Source: Lama guanicoe
Lineage: Eukaryota
Length of the DNA: 64,000 nt
Direction of reading: 5' to 3'
NCBI GenBank assembly: GCA_013239625.1
Contig: MU054212.1
Coordinates: 5,242,270 to 5,306,269 of the forward strand
Below are positions 50,098-63,232 of this stretch, piece after piece (position 1 is the first letter of the stretch; every line of letters starts with the position of its first letter). Below the pieces are notes generated by a model that was given only the letters and a program-made list of their open reading frames with translations, was not told where the DNA came from and did not search any database. A program made the translations under genes and the position numbers.

Positions 50098-52613
50098 AAA
50101 TTTTGTATTTCTATGCTTTGTCTTCTGTGGTACTTGTGACTACTCCATTCTATGTCATAACACAGAGAAATATTTTGACAGTAACTTGACGTTACATCTA
50201 AGGACCAGCTTATTTGTGAGAATGCTTTCTTTTTCATTGCCTCCACATTCTGTAATTTGTTGTGGCATATTATTCCTATGGGTATTAAATGTCATTTGCT
50301 TATTTCTCTCATCAAACACAAAAGCGCAATCAAAAGAAACCTAAACCGGTCTATCTTTTCTTTTCCTAACATCGATGTTTATTCTGTATTTTTCTGTGCT
50401 ATTTATATAGATGGTCTCAAATTATTTTTACTTTTCTTACATTAAGACTTACTAATTATAATTGAGTTCCAGTATCAGGCAATTTCATTATGTCTTCATG
50501 TTTTGTTATGTCCAAGCAATTTACATTGAAATGCAAAGTTTTATTATCAGTTACTTTTTAAATTTGCCTTTATACTTTAGATGAATTATATATACATATT
50601 TGGAAGTTTGTGTTTAGCTAAGTTATGTTATCCATGGACTTTATTTCAGGATAGTAAATTGAGAATGTCTTATAAAGCTAACATTTTATAATAATATGTG
50701 TTATAAAAAGTGAGTATTGCATCTGAGTCTTGAAATCATTGCTCTGGCGTGTCCCTCCAGAGATCTCACCCCCTAGCCCAATTGGCTTATCAAAGACTGT
50801 CTTGCAAATACGTATGTTACACTTCCCAGGAAGAAATACGGTAAATACAATCTATCTGAGCCAGCAGATTGGTGTCTGATGGATTGGGACCCAGTGCTAG
50901 GGTTCACCTAGGCCTTCAGTCATTCAGCTCAGAAGTATCCACATCAATAAGAAATGTTTCAACGGATGAGTATCATGGGAGAAGTTAGATTTCACTTAAG
51001 GTAAAGTAGTGGAAGCAGCATGACATGTGGGTGGTGTGGAGGAATGTGTTCTAGAACAGCACCACCAGGACACAGGCGGACAGAAAGGTGTGGAATGGGA
51101 GCTGGAGTCTCATGAATAGTCATAAGCCTTAAAAACTGGAAAAACAAAGGAAGGGGAAATTTTTCAGCTAGAGGATAGGAACATAGAAGGGATTTTCTTC
51201 TATTGATCCATTAACACATTTTCCTTCCATCTCTTCCACAGATTGGAGTAAGCCTTAGAGGGAGAATATGAAGCAAAAAAGAATCACAGTTTTTATGACC
51301 CTTGTAGTATAGCAGTTAGAAATATGAACCAGACTGACTTTGAGATGTTTAGTAGCTACTGCTTACTAGGATTCTGTTGCATGATATGCAATAGATCAGG
51401 CACTTTCTATACATTCTCTCTATTGTCAGCATTCATTGAATTATTAACTTCAAATTATACATTTTACTGTATGTAAATTATACCTAAGTACACCTGATTA
51501 TTAAAGCAAAACAAAACAAATCAAAAACCATCCATGTGTACTAACTTGGATGGAGTTCTACTACCAGAATCAACTAGAGTTTATTCATGCTTCAATTTGC
51601 TTAATTCTTATGTTGAGAAAAACACATGAGTTTGTTTATTTGCGGGAGTAGTGACAGTAGCCATGAGCCTTCATTTGGTTGCAAAGGATGGTGAAAACAA
51701 GAAATCATACGGAATCTTTGGGAAGAAGAGCAGATACCGAAAGGGTATGATAGAGGTTAATTCTCTACACTTTTCAATTTGCCTAAAGCTGTCCCTGAAA
51801 AGGCCAGTCTGAATCAGGAACACTAATTTTGATTCTATTCCCTCGAGGCTTTATTTGCATTTTTTAAAATCTTACCCTGCATTTAAGTAAATCAGAGTAA
51901 TTGCTATAAACAAACATACATGAGAAGCAGTATTTGGACAGTGATGATCATCTTAAAATATGACTACATAGGTTGACTGGAATTTTATTAAAATTAAAAG
52001 TAGATGTCTCTGAGGAAGAAAACGTATGTATGAATAAAGTTGATTCTTTAATATTATGTTAACTGGGCAAGTTATTATTGTAACAGGGAAGGGATACAAT
52101 GGTTACCACACAGCCATTTGTGTGGCGACCAAATATTCTTACAGTAGAATAAAAGGAGAAAATATTTGGTGTGTAATAAATAGTTTAAAAGTGTTTAATT
52201 TTACATAGCCTTGCCATTAAAGAATTATTCTTAAAATATTATTATTATTATTATCTGAAAGATAGTATTACAAAAGTAAATAATTTCTCTCAACATACAA
52301 GATTGAAATGTCTTATTTTAAGCAAAGTGATATTTAGCAAGTTTCAGCAATGTACATTTAAATGGAGTGATAGGGTCAGTAAAGAAGCATTTACTGAATT
52401 CATTCTGTTTCAAGCACTTACATTACTGGATATTTTACTCCTGTTTTTCAGGGGGAAAAAAGATAGTCAAAAATACTTAAATAACATAGTTTAGACAAAT
52501 TAAGCATTATATATACAAATAAGCATTAGTTTTAGAGCCTTCAAAGTTTGAATGAAAAGAGAGAAGTGCAACTTAAGGGAAAGAATGCCTTAAAGATTTG
52601 TACTCTAAGCGAC

Positions 52614-53019
52614 TGTGAATAGGAGAAGAATTTGCTACCCCAAAATATGTCTCTTTGGCAAAAGGATTATCTTGAGCTGGTTATTTTTAAGGAACTGCAC
52701 ACAGGAAAAGCTCTGAAAACCAGTAAACATTATCCTTCTGTAAGAGAAATTTACATTTACAAGAGAAATCTCCATTGTAAAGGTCTCTCCCTGTTCAGGA
52801 AGAGGAGGATGACTCAGTCTCCAGAGATGGTATTCAGTGTGATAGCTTGGGCCGTTTCTGGAGTTATTCAGTTTTCCTGGTTATCTTCCATGTATACAGG
52901 AGGAATAAATGTTATTAAACTTCTGTTTATTTTTCTCCTGTAAATCTGTTTTTTATTACAGGGTGCTTTCAGCCCAGAACTTAGAAGGGTAGAGGGAAAA
53001 TTATTTTTCCTCTCTTACA
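52614..53019 (+). mobile_element. MER34-family ERV1 solo LTR
   Basis: GCTACCCCAAAATATGTCTCTTTGGCAAAAGGATTATCTTGAGCTG start motif; AGAAGGGTAGAGGGAAAATTATTTTTCCTCTCTTACA end. Confidence 0.85.
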
Positions 53020-53962
53020 GTGGTCTGTTGCTATATATAGAATTGGTGTAATATTGTTAGAGTCCATCTCTAATTTGGTTTGTTCTAGTCATAGCATCCC
53101 TTCCTTGTCCACAATTTTAAATTACACTCACAAGTTAATTACAGTCATTATGTAATTTTCTCACAATTTTGCTTAAATTAATTAGATAGAATTTATCAGA
53201 TGCTTTTTAGGTGCCAAGACCTATTGTAAGTAAATACACTGGTGACCAAGACAGAAACTTAGCCTGTCCTCGTGGAGCTACATTTACATATTTTATTTGT
53301 GTCTATTTTTACCTGTTTAGTAGTTTAATATCAATCTTCTCTCCTATACTGTAAATACATGAAAACATAGATCAAGTTCATTTTATTGATTACTTATTTT
53401 TAGCACATAGTATAGTACTTGACACATAATTGTTCATTAATTTTTTAAATAAATGAAAGAACAAATGAATGAATTTTTTCAAAAGCTTAACAGTATTGCT
53501 AAAGTTAATAAATTATGACCTGAAAACTAAGAAACAAACCAGTCTGTTTTTGTATTGACTTTTTCATTCAACTACTCAGAAATAAAACAGAAACATGATA
53601 TATGATGCCTCTACTCTAGGAACTTAGAAGTTAGTAGGTATAGACAAAAATTTCCATAGATTCTCATGTGGAAATTATTTTCTGATTGAATTATTAGTAC
53701 AATTATTAGTAGTACAGTAAATATAAAAACAGAAACATGAAATTTTATTATAAAGTTAATAATAAGGTAGGATTTAGCATTAGTTCTATTAGTATTTTTA
53801 ATTATGTATATGTGTGTATGTGTGTAGGGGTATAAAAGCTTCAAAAAGTCTTGTTCACATAAATATATAGATAGGAATCAACAGAGTCATTTGATTTTAA
53901 AATGCTTATTAGGTTTTATGCTGAAGACACATAGGAATCTACAGTCAAAGATTGATTTTAAC

Positions 53963-54527
53963 TGTAGAATGCCAGATCTCCAAATATTACCAACACAACT
54001 TGTTGATAAGACAAAGCTGAATTTAGGCTTACTGTGCTAAGAGAGACCACCACCCAGTCATAACTTTGGTAGTGTCTGGCAGTAGTGTCAAAAAATATGG
54101 TCAGGTATTATTTAGAATTTCAAGTTTGTGTTAAGTATGAGCTTCACTAAAGGGTAGGAGGAAGGTAGAAAGGTTGGATTAGAATTGGGTAAGAATCATG
54201 ATATAGCAGTTTATAACCACTAGAACCAAAAGGCTAGGATTTTGTGGAAGAGGGTCACCAGCCTGTTGATGCTTTCTATCGAAGAGTTTATTAGTCCTTT
54301 GGAAGTTCCTGTAATAAACATTCAAGTTTTTTGCCTCTGTAATAGTCTCTCCTGGAATAATAAAGTCATACATTTTTATAACATTGTTATAACATTGAAA
54401 TGATAAAGTCAAGTTAATATAGACGGTAAGTTGTGTGTATGTTGGGGGTGGGAGGTGGGGATGGACTAGGCAATTTTAATCCTTAGCATCCAAACTGTGT
54501 ATGGTAGTACATGGGTTGTGGTTCTCA
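53963..54527 (-). mobile_element. Ancient ERV1 solo LTR, antisense (MER89/MER90/MER110-like; family uncertain)
   Basis: TG...CA termini with near-TSD TAAC/TAAG; GACAAAGCTGAATTTAGGCTTACTG...GAGACCACCACC motif. Confidence 0.6.
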
Positions 54528-55338
54528 TAAGGTCCTACCAGACAAATCAGTAGGTTCTCCTTCAATTTTTTTCTAAAATAAATATTTGAAAGATCTGGCA
54601 AGCCTTATTTGTAAAACTATGAGTCACTCAGTCATTACAGCCTTTCATTTGCTCAGCACCCACATTAACATCTATGTGGCAACTTCGTGTGTTTAGAGCA
54701 GTGCATCATAGTGAGTTTCAGGAAAGGTGAAGGTATATCATTCTTTGGTGAATTGCGAAAAAAGTGACTATGAACCAAAACAAAGTAGAACCAGCATGAC
54801 AGTCTCAGGCAAAATTAAAATGGATACAGTGATTAAGTATTTGCCACTGTAATCCTTGAAAAGTCTTTGTAGATCCCAATGAGCATGCATTCATAAATTT
54901 GAAAATCCCTGCTCTAGAGAAGGCCTCAGAAAAGGAGAACTAACTGAGAATGGTGTCCAGAAACTGAGTGAAGAGAGAGTTTTAAGAAGGGGTGGTGGCC
55001 AAATATATCAAATGATGCAGCCTGGTTGAGTAAGATGAGGATTAATTATTGACTGTGGGATTTAATGTATAGCTTGAGTATTGATATTATAGTTGAAAAA
55101 GAATAGGATAGAAGTTATTGGAGCTAGCAAGACTGTATAAGATTTCAAGAGGAGTGGAGATGTAGGGCAATAAATTGCAGGTGAATCAGGGGCAAACTTT
55201 TTGGTTTTGTTAATTTTCAATTACAGCATTTATACATATGTAGTATGTTTGTGGTCTTCGTTACAAAATATAAGTGCTGCATGTATACACACAGTGTATA
55301 TATGTGTGTGTATGTGTGGGTGGGTGGGTGTGTGTATA

Positions 55339-56440
55339 TAGTCAATAACCATTATTCCCAGATTCTGAATTTGCAAAGTCATCTACCTGCTAAAACTTAT
55401 AAATAACTCCAAAATCAACAACTGGTGAAAAATCTGAGTGATGTGATGTGCACATTCCCCACTGAGGTAAAACAAAGCCATGTTCTGCTTTCTTGTTTCA
55501 GCTCTCAAACTGTAAACAAGTTTTTTTTTTCATAGTCTACTCAGTTACATGGTTTTCATTTTTGTGGTTTTCTTTAGTGATTTCACTGTTTAAAACACCC
55601 TCCAAGTGCAATAGAGAAATGCCACTATCTAGTGCTCCTAAGCATAAGAAGGTTCAGTGTACTTATGGAGAAATATGTGTGTTAGGTAAGCTTCATTTGG
55701 GCATGAGTTATAATGCCATTGACTTTGAATTCACTGTTGATGAATCAACAATATGGCACAAATAGAAAAAGGAAGAAGAAATTCTACGAACTGTATATGA
55801 GGCTTCTCTAGAAAGTGTGTGATGAAACTACGGTAAATATGGAAAAGTGGCTAAATTTGTAGATTCATGAGATGATGACAGATTAAAAAAAAAAAAAAAG
55901 CTGTATTGTTGTAAGGCTGAAAGCCAAAGAAATTTACAGTCACATTGTCCAGGTTCAGGGAAATGTTAAACCCATCTCAGCTAGTTCTGGCTGGCTCACA
56001 CATTTCAAAAGAAGGATCTGGCAGGGAAATGTTAAACTTGAAGGCAAGGCAGATTCCACAGATCAAAAGGCTGTGGGAAATTTTAAAAAATAGCTGCTAA
56101 ATGTTATATAGGAGAAAAATTATATGGATGAGTAGGTTTCGACACTGATGAGACTGGCTTGTTTTACAAGGACATTGGCAAACAAACCTACATAATGCAA
56201 ATAACTTCCAAAGTTCCTGGCCTTAATTTATTCAAAGACCATGCAATTAATTATATTTAAGAAACATATATTAAATATGGTGCCTTTAAACAGAAACACA
56301 TGTCAAAAAAATTTTGTGACCTGAGACTCTCAGGAACATAACCCTGTTTTTCTGCTAGGAGCAATAGTTCCATATTCACTAATTCAGTATTCCCAGTGAA
56401 TTTAGAGAATATAAGTAGTGTGAATAATAAGAACTGATTT
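55339..56440 (+). mobile_element. Tigger/pogo-family DNA transposon (MER82-like ends) carrying a truncated transposase pseudogene
   Basis: Decayed TIRs (TAGTCAATAACCATTATTC / GAATAATAAGAACTGATTT) and TA flanks. Peptides VLGKLHLGMSYNAIDFEFTVDESTI, LKAKEIY...SASSGWLTHFKRR and DETGLFYK. Confidence 0.88.
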
Positions 56441-57149
56441 TATACACACACACACGCGCGCGTATATATGCGTGTGTGCGTCTGTAAGCATATATACATA
56501 TACACACACTGCTTAGAATTTTCCGGGAGATATGAAAAAACTGATAATGATTGAGAGAAGAAACTATTCAAGGAGAAAAGTCTGAAAAGTCTGTAAATTA
56601 ATGAAATGTTGGAATCCAGTGCATAAATTGAGGTGCTATCATTAGATTGTGACAGTTAGCCTATCTATTGTAACACGAGGAAAGACAAAATATATATGTT
56701 CAGGTACAGTTGAATTGGTATATATATAAATGGGAGCATCTGGTGGTTTTCCAATTTCTCCATTAATGAAAAGCATGGTTAGTAACAGAGAATGAGGAGG
56801 GAGAAAAGGTGGTCGAGGTTGGGGAAAGAGAAGCAGATGAGAAAGATTTGAGTGACAGAGTGAATCTACCGGGGAAACACAGAGAAGGATTGCCTGGCAG
56901 GACCAAAGTCCCTGTGAGGTTTGTAATCATGAATTTAAAGTAAGTCTGGTCAGCATTTTTATGGCTTTTTTCAGTCCACTTTTAGTTTTTCAGGTGCAGG
57001 CAAGGAATATGTGCAGAGCTGCATTTAACCATGTTAAAATTTTGCTAGAAGGAAGACTGTTAATGCAATGATTTAAATATATTTTTAGAATTTTAGAATT
57101 GGAAGAAACTTTACAAGTTTTTTTATTACCTTTGGGAGAAAATACATTT

Positions 57150-57350
57150 CAGAGCACAGATTTTGAAGCTGGGCGAACTGGTTTCCAAATGCCAGATTCA
57201 TCTATTATTAGACTTGGCAAATTACTTTTTTTTTAAACAGTAAATTGGAAACAATAACATGTTTCTTTCAGTGTAGTTTAAAGATTAAAATTCAACAAAG
57301 AAGAAAAATATAAAGAAAGCACCTATTGCAGGACCAGGCACATAATTCAT
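57150..57350 (+). mobile_element. MIR SINE
   Basis: AGAGCACAGATTTTGAAGC...ACTTGGCAAATTACTT...AGTAAATTGGAAACAATAA...AAAGCACCT...GGCACATA. Confidence 0.6.
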
Positions 57351-58289
57351 GTTAAAGACATGCAAATTTTCTACTGCCTTTGTCTACATTTAAAAATAAT
57401 AGACTGAGGATGTTTAGATACATTTTTAGAATCTTAAAAATATTTACAGCTTTTTTTTTCTGCTTTTGGTGACTTTTTTACATTTTTCAATGTCCTAGTC
57501 AAAAGAGAAAGTTTAGTAGAAAAACTACAGTTCTCTGATTCTTCTTATTCAGACAAAATTTGCCTTTCTTTAAGGCCAGAGAGTGAGAACAGCATCTCTT
57601 TAGTGATTTGTCTTTTTGCATTTTGCTCATTACCTTCTTCCTGACCAGTATTTGATATGAAGGAAAAAGCCTTCTCCGTAGGCAGTTTACCATCAACAGA
57701 GGAAATGTCAACTAGGAAGCTTCTTCAGGAAATGAGTAAAACTCTTGGAGCACCTGAGCTAATTTTAGAATAAATGTTTTAGCATAGGACTTCGGCACAT
57801 TTAACCAGTCGCCTCTTGGTGATCATCCTTTTCAATAGAAAAGTCGAGCGCAGGTTCAGGTTGACTCAGTTTTGATACTCAGAACTCAGCTTGAGCTTTT
57901 AAAATTGCTTTGCGTCAATACTTTAGATTATATAAATAAAACAATCACCTACCTTGTTTGTTCTTTTCTATGGAGGAACTCCTAAGCTGTGCTAAAATGA
58001 AGCCCACTTCGGGTCTGGTAAGGCAGCTTTCCCTTCTAAGACCACCTCTTGTTAAGGCATCACTAGTCAATTAAAGACGAGGCACTATTATCTCAGTCAT
58101 ACAGTCCCTCCTGCCTCCCTCAGACCCAGCACACAACACAGCAGTTATGGTAGTATTGCTTTAGTGAGAGCCTACTGTGTGCAAGTCACCATGCTAAGTG
58201 CTTCTCCTGCATCATCCATTTATTCCACTGGTGGAGGCTACTGTTATAATGACTTTACAAACATAGTTACTGAAAGCAAAGTTGACTTG

Positions 58290-58960
58290 TCCCTGGCCTC
58301 TTGAAGCTAAATTTGAGCAGCAGAGATCATTAATAAATAAGTAATTGCAAAATTGATCATTAAATGATCACAGTGGTAGGTGCTATGATAAAGCCAGATA
58401 CACTGAGAATGCCTCATGTACTGTAGACCTGACCAATCTGGGGGTGGGGGGGGTCTAGAAAGTCAGGGAGAGCTTCCTTGAGGAAATGTCATTAAGCTAA
58501 ATTCTAAAGGATGAGCTGAAATTAACTCTGATGTTAATGAAGGAGGAGAAAAATGGTCATTTCAGAAGAAGAAACATCTCTTCTGAAGACATTGCAGAAA
58601 AGACTGAGATAAACACAGAGGGACCAGAGTGCCAAGAAAGAAGGATGATGTGAAATGGGGTCAGAAGACAGAAAACAGAACATGCTGGATACCCAGGCCG
58701 TCCACAAACTTTGTTATTTATCCTGAAAGCAAGTGGAATCCTCTCTGAGTAGTTTGGAGAGAGTGAAGGGAGGTAGCTAGAGTGAAAACAGAGAGACCTG
58801 CTAGGAGGCATTGCATTGTTCCACAATAGTGAGAGGAGATGGCAGCATGGACTGCTATGGTGGCAGATGGGAAGGGAAATGAATAAGTTTAAGAGAAATT
58901 TGGTAGGAGGAATCAACTGGATATCGTGGCTGCATTAGCTATCAGGGCAAGAGTAATGAA
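58290..58960 (-). mobile_element. L2 fragment, antisense
   Basis: GTCAGGGAGAGCTTCCTTGAGGAAATGTCATTAAGCTAAATTCTAAAGGATGAG and CTAGGAGGCATTGCATTGTTCCA. Confidence 0.75.
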
Positions 58961-61900
58961 TGGATGCCAGTTGGCTGGGTGGCGTACTCTAAGGGCACAG
59001 CTTCAACACACCAGAAAATCTGTCTGTTTACCCTACAGGGATATAAGGGATACATTTTAGAATAATTACACTTTATAGTGTTTAAAAAATATTCCTATCT
59101 CAGGATGTGTTTCAGGGACTTGAAATGTTTCCTTCCATGGTGCACCTCCAGCACCTGAGATTGGGAAACAAGAAGGCAAGCCTAGATTGACAGGTTGAGG
59201 ATGGAAGTTCAGCTATCAGCAGGACCCAGCTGTTAGGCGCAAAAGGGTCAAAGATCAAAACCACGGGTTTAGTTATTTGACAATGTGGCTTTAGGCATTG
59301 AGTATTTATTTAGAACTCTGTTACAGACACTTTGGACCATCTATATTATTTATGAACACTATAATACCATGGTAATTACTACATTGACTGTCTGCTTTCT
59401 ACAAGGTGTACACATAAGCTGATTTTGTCAGTCCTGATGCCAACCCTCTGGGTTAATACTCTGAGTGATCAAGTGGCCCTTCTGCAGTTTGAAAGGTGTA
59501 AGTGGTGGAGGCAAGCTGTGACCTAAATGCATGTCGCTCCTCCGCCTGGCTCTAAGTAGCTCTGTGGCATGTCACACCCCAAAGAAAAAGTCCATGAGCA
59601 AAGCGTCTCCACTTCCTCCCGCTGCTGCCCTTCGTGACTTAGAACGAAAGACTCAGTTGTGACCCAAGTCTTGCTAAACACTGGATTGAGGTTTCCAAAG
59701 GATTAGAAATTCTCTTCTTTCCCTTTTGATTAGAGTTTCACATTCTGATTCGTCTCAGAGAAAATGGGTGAAGTGAGTCTGTTTCCATCTATTATGGAAA
59801 ACTCTCTCCAGTGAGGAGTGGGTGTTGGTAGAAGATGTATCAGGGATAACTATAGCTGAAAAACCTGGGTGCATTTCGAGTAGGTTGATAGGACCTGCAG
59901 AAGGTATTGGGTGTCATATAAAAAGTATCTGACGCTAGTTTAACATTTTCAAAAGTACTAAATGAAAGCCCAGTTTGTTTTACAGTGTCTCTCTAAAAAT
60001 AAATCTATTGTTCACCATAAAAGAAAAATCTTTAGTTTCTTTTCAGATATGGAACACTGAAATTCTTCCCCTATATTGTATTAGTGTTCAGATGTTCATA
60101 TCTGCCAAATCCTATTTTTAGTGTCTTTTAATGAAAATTTTCTTCTTTTTAGAGGATTGGTCAGATATCTCTAGTTATAAAAGTTCCTTTAGCTCAGGAG
60201 ATACTAAAAAGCCAGGGTTATTTGTGAATCTACAATTTATAGTGCAATTGTCCAATGTGTTTTTATAGTTTGCTTTTTTTATATATAAAAACTATAGTCC
60301 AGTCCTATCTTTAGGTTCAAGTCTGCTGAGCCCACTTTTGCACACACCACCACCCCTAGGCGGTCTGGATGCCTAGGTGATTCATGAAAAAAAAAAACAG
60401 TGGTAAAGTTGAAACTACGTTTCCTGCCCTTCACTGAACTTCCTCTTGAGCTGTGTGTGGCACTGCAGATAATGAGTTCCATCTGTATGTCACCTTCTTC
60501 ACCTACAGAGAAAAGCATTCTAATGTTCTAAGTCAAGAGCTCCCTTCAGAGAATCTACAAACGTGTAGCTAAAAAAAAAATTAAGAAACTTATTTTTGGA
60601 GCCCAGAAGCACTCCCCATATACTGTTGCCTTACCTCATTCTCCATTAAATGAAACCCTTCAGAGGAGCTAACAGAGAAAGCCATCCAACTAAATAGCTC
60701 ATAATCAAAGCCCCAAATAAAGGTTCTTAGTATAATTTTCTCCAGCCTACCTTTGTTTAGTATGTGATTGGGTCAGAGATCTTTATAATGAAGAAACTAA
60801 ATCCATTTAGAATTTTCACATACATCATGAGAATCACAGGATTGCAGAGCTGGAAGAGCTAAAGTTGATAAAACTTAAAATTAAGTCATTCTTTTAACCA
60901 AGGCGAATCAGCAGTAGCGGGCTCTGTTTGCCCTTGGAGAGTACTCTAGATCCATCTGAGGGGACTCACAACTTGAGTTAAGATGCAGGAAAAAAAATAC
61001 ATATATATATATAAATATATATATATATATGATAAGACTACACAAAGGTGATTGGCATTAGAAAGAAAAACACTGGGCGAAAACGTTGGGAAGAACTTCA
61101 TTTCAAATAAGCTGTGACAAACTAGTTTTCTAATTCCCCTGAACACTGTCCAGGACGCAGTTTACTTAAATTACAAAGATATTTGGATCAAATAGAAGAG
61201 CAATATCAAGTTGGTATTTGGTATAGTGTAGGGGACTTTTTTACTACAGCATCTGACGTGTTCTTTTATGGATTTCTTCGTGCATCTGTTCAGCATTCTA
61301 ATGAAGAAGAAGTACCCTCGTTTTATGGATGGAGAAACCAAAGCACATAGAAGTGCTATGACTTCCCTGATATCAAAAAGCCTTTTACAGAGTCAGAGCT
61401 AGGATCCAGGTATCTTGGTTTTAAGTTTAATACTTTCAGTCGTTAGACTTCACTGTTTCCTGACCTTGGGCCTTCACTCAATACCTGAACGTATTACTAG
61501 TGTTCTGTGAAATCTTCCCTGAGGATCTCTGAGAACAACCCACACTGTTATTTCGCTTTGGGTACAATCCTACTTAGAAGGTGGAGGAACAGTATTTTTA
61601 TGCTTCTTAAGAGCTGAATCTTTCTATCTCAAAGTAGGTCAACAAAGAGTATGTAATTCGCCAGTATGGGAAACATTTCATATCACCCACAGCGGACTTG
61701 AACTTTGAATTCTGGAATAACAGTTTCACATTGGCCTACTTCAGTTTTATTTTCTCAAATGGCTACAAGGCTTGTCGTCTAAAATTGGGTTTATATGATG
61801 CCAGGATAAAAGAGTCTATAGCAAGCATAAAACAAACTCTCTTTAATCTGACTGTTCAGCCACCAAGTAATGTTTAAAGCTGTGGTTATTGTGCGTGTCA

Positions 61901-62139
61901 ATGTACAATTGTTAATGTACAATTGTACATTGTGTTTGGAATGAAACACTGACTGATCCGGACAGATCATATTACTGGAAAATCAGAGATTTGCTGAATC
62001 TCTGGACCAAAGGATCTCAGAGGTCATCTATATCAGTGCTACCCCCAATGCTGTCTCTATAAAATATAATCATCTGATAGATTAAAAATAAATTTATTCC
62101 CAGAGTCTCATCCTATGCAAACTGAATTAACTTAAAATA

Positions 62140-63232
62140 GCTACATATGGTTACATACAGACATATTTGTATGTAACTAAATATATGCATAGGTAATATC
62201 TTCTTGCTCTGTCATCTGAGAGGTCATAGAAACAGTGATATCCCAGTTTCAGTGAGCACAACTAGCACCAAAACCTTGTAGTGCCAGAAAGTAAATATTA
62301 AAAACAAATAAAATTCAAAATAAAGCCAAGGTGGAAATATGCCCCAAAAATGCAAAAGCCAGTTGAAAGAGCCATCTATGGCCAAAGCTGAAATGATTTC
62401 AGCAACAAAATAAGTAAAATGGTATAGAATTATAATACAAAATACAAAATAGATACCTATGAGTCTGTAAGTTATAAATAAATGATGGACTAAATAAATA
62501 AAAAGGAAGAAAAGAGACAAATCTCCAATGCAAAAGAATTCCAAATAATTGATGTAAATGCTCCACTTTTAAGGAGGTAGCGCATAACCCGCACTCCTTA
62601 AATTTGGGCTATGCACGATGACTTTCTTTCAAAGAATATAGTATAGATAAGAAAAAGAAAAGATAAGTTTATGCTGGATAAAACTGACAATCACTAACTT
62701 AAGTTGGGTGGCGAAGGGTTAGAGCAACAATGATAAGTCATATTGATAGTATGCACCCTTGATGTGATGTGAGGAAAATGGCGCTTTGCCTCCATGGTCT
62801 TCCTCCTAAACTATATTTCCCTAGTCTAATTATGAGAAAATACCAGGCAAATCCCAGCTGAAGGATATCTGACCAGCACCCTGCAAAATCCTCAAGGTCA
62901 CCAAAAAGAAGAAAAGTCTGAGAAACTGTTACAACCCAGGAGAAACCTGAGAGGACATGACAAATTGATGTAATTAGGTGTTCTGGATGGGAATCTGGGA
63001 CAGAAAAAGGACATTAGGAAATAACTAAGGAAATCTGGATAAAGTATGAACGTTAGCTAATAATAATGTAACAATTTAGTGTTCATTAATGGTGACAGAT
63101 GTACCATTCTAATATAATGTGTTCATAATAGGAGAAACTGAGCGTGAGGTAAATGGGAACTCTTGCACAGTTTTCTCAATAATTCTGCAAATTTAATACT
63201 AATTTAAGTTTAAAAGTATATTTTAAAAAAAT
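62140..63232 (+). mobile_element. Ancient L1 3' UTR (L1MC/L1MD-type)
   Basis: GCCAGTTGAAAGAGCC...GGCCAAAGCTG, GGATGGGAATCTGGGACAGAAAAAGGACATTAGG and GGTGACAGATGTACCATTCTAATATAA; ends in an A-rich tail. Confidence 0.85.

Noticed and set aside
57633..57753. Minus-strand exon candidate (CTCAG|GTG...AAG|GTAATG)
   Set aside because: Weak polypyrimidine tract and stops in all three frames.
60345..60365. Possible CTCF site CACCACCCCTAGGCGG
   Set aside because: Does not align to the CTCF core without several mismatches.
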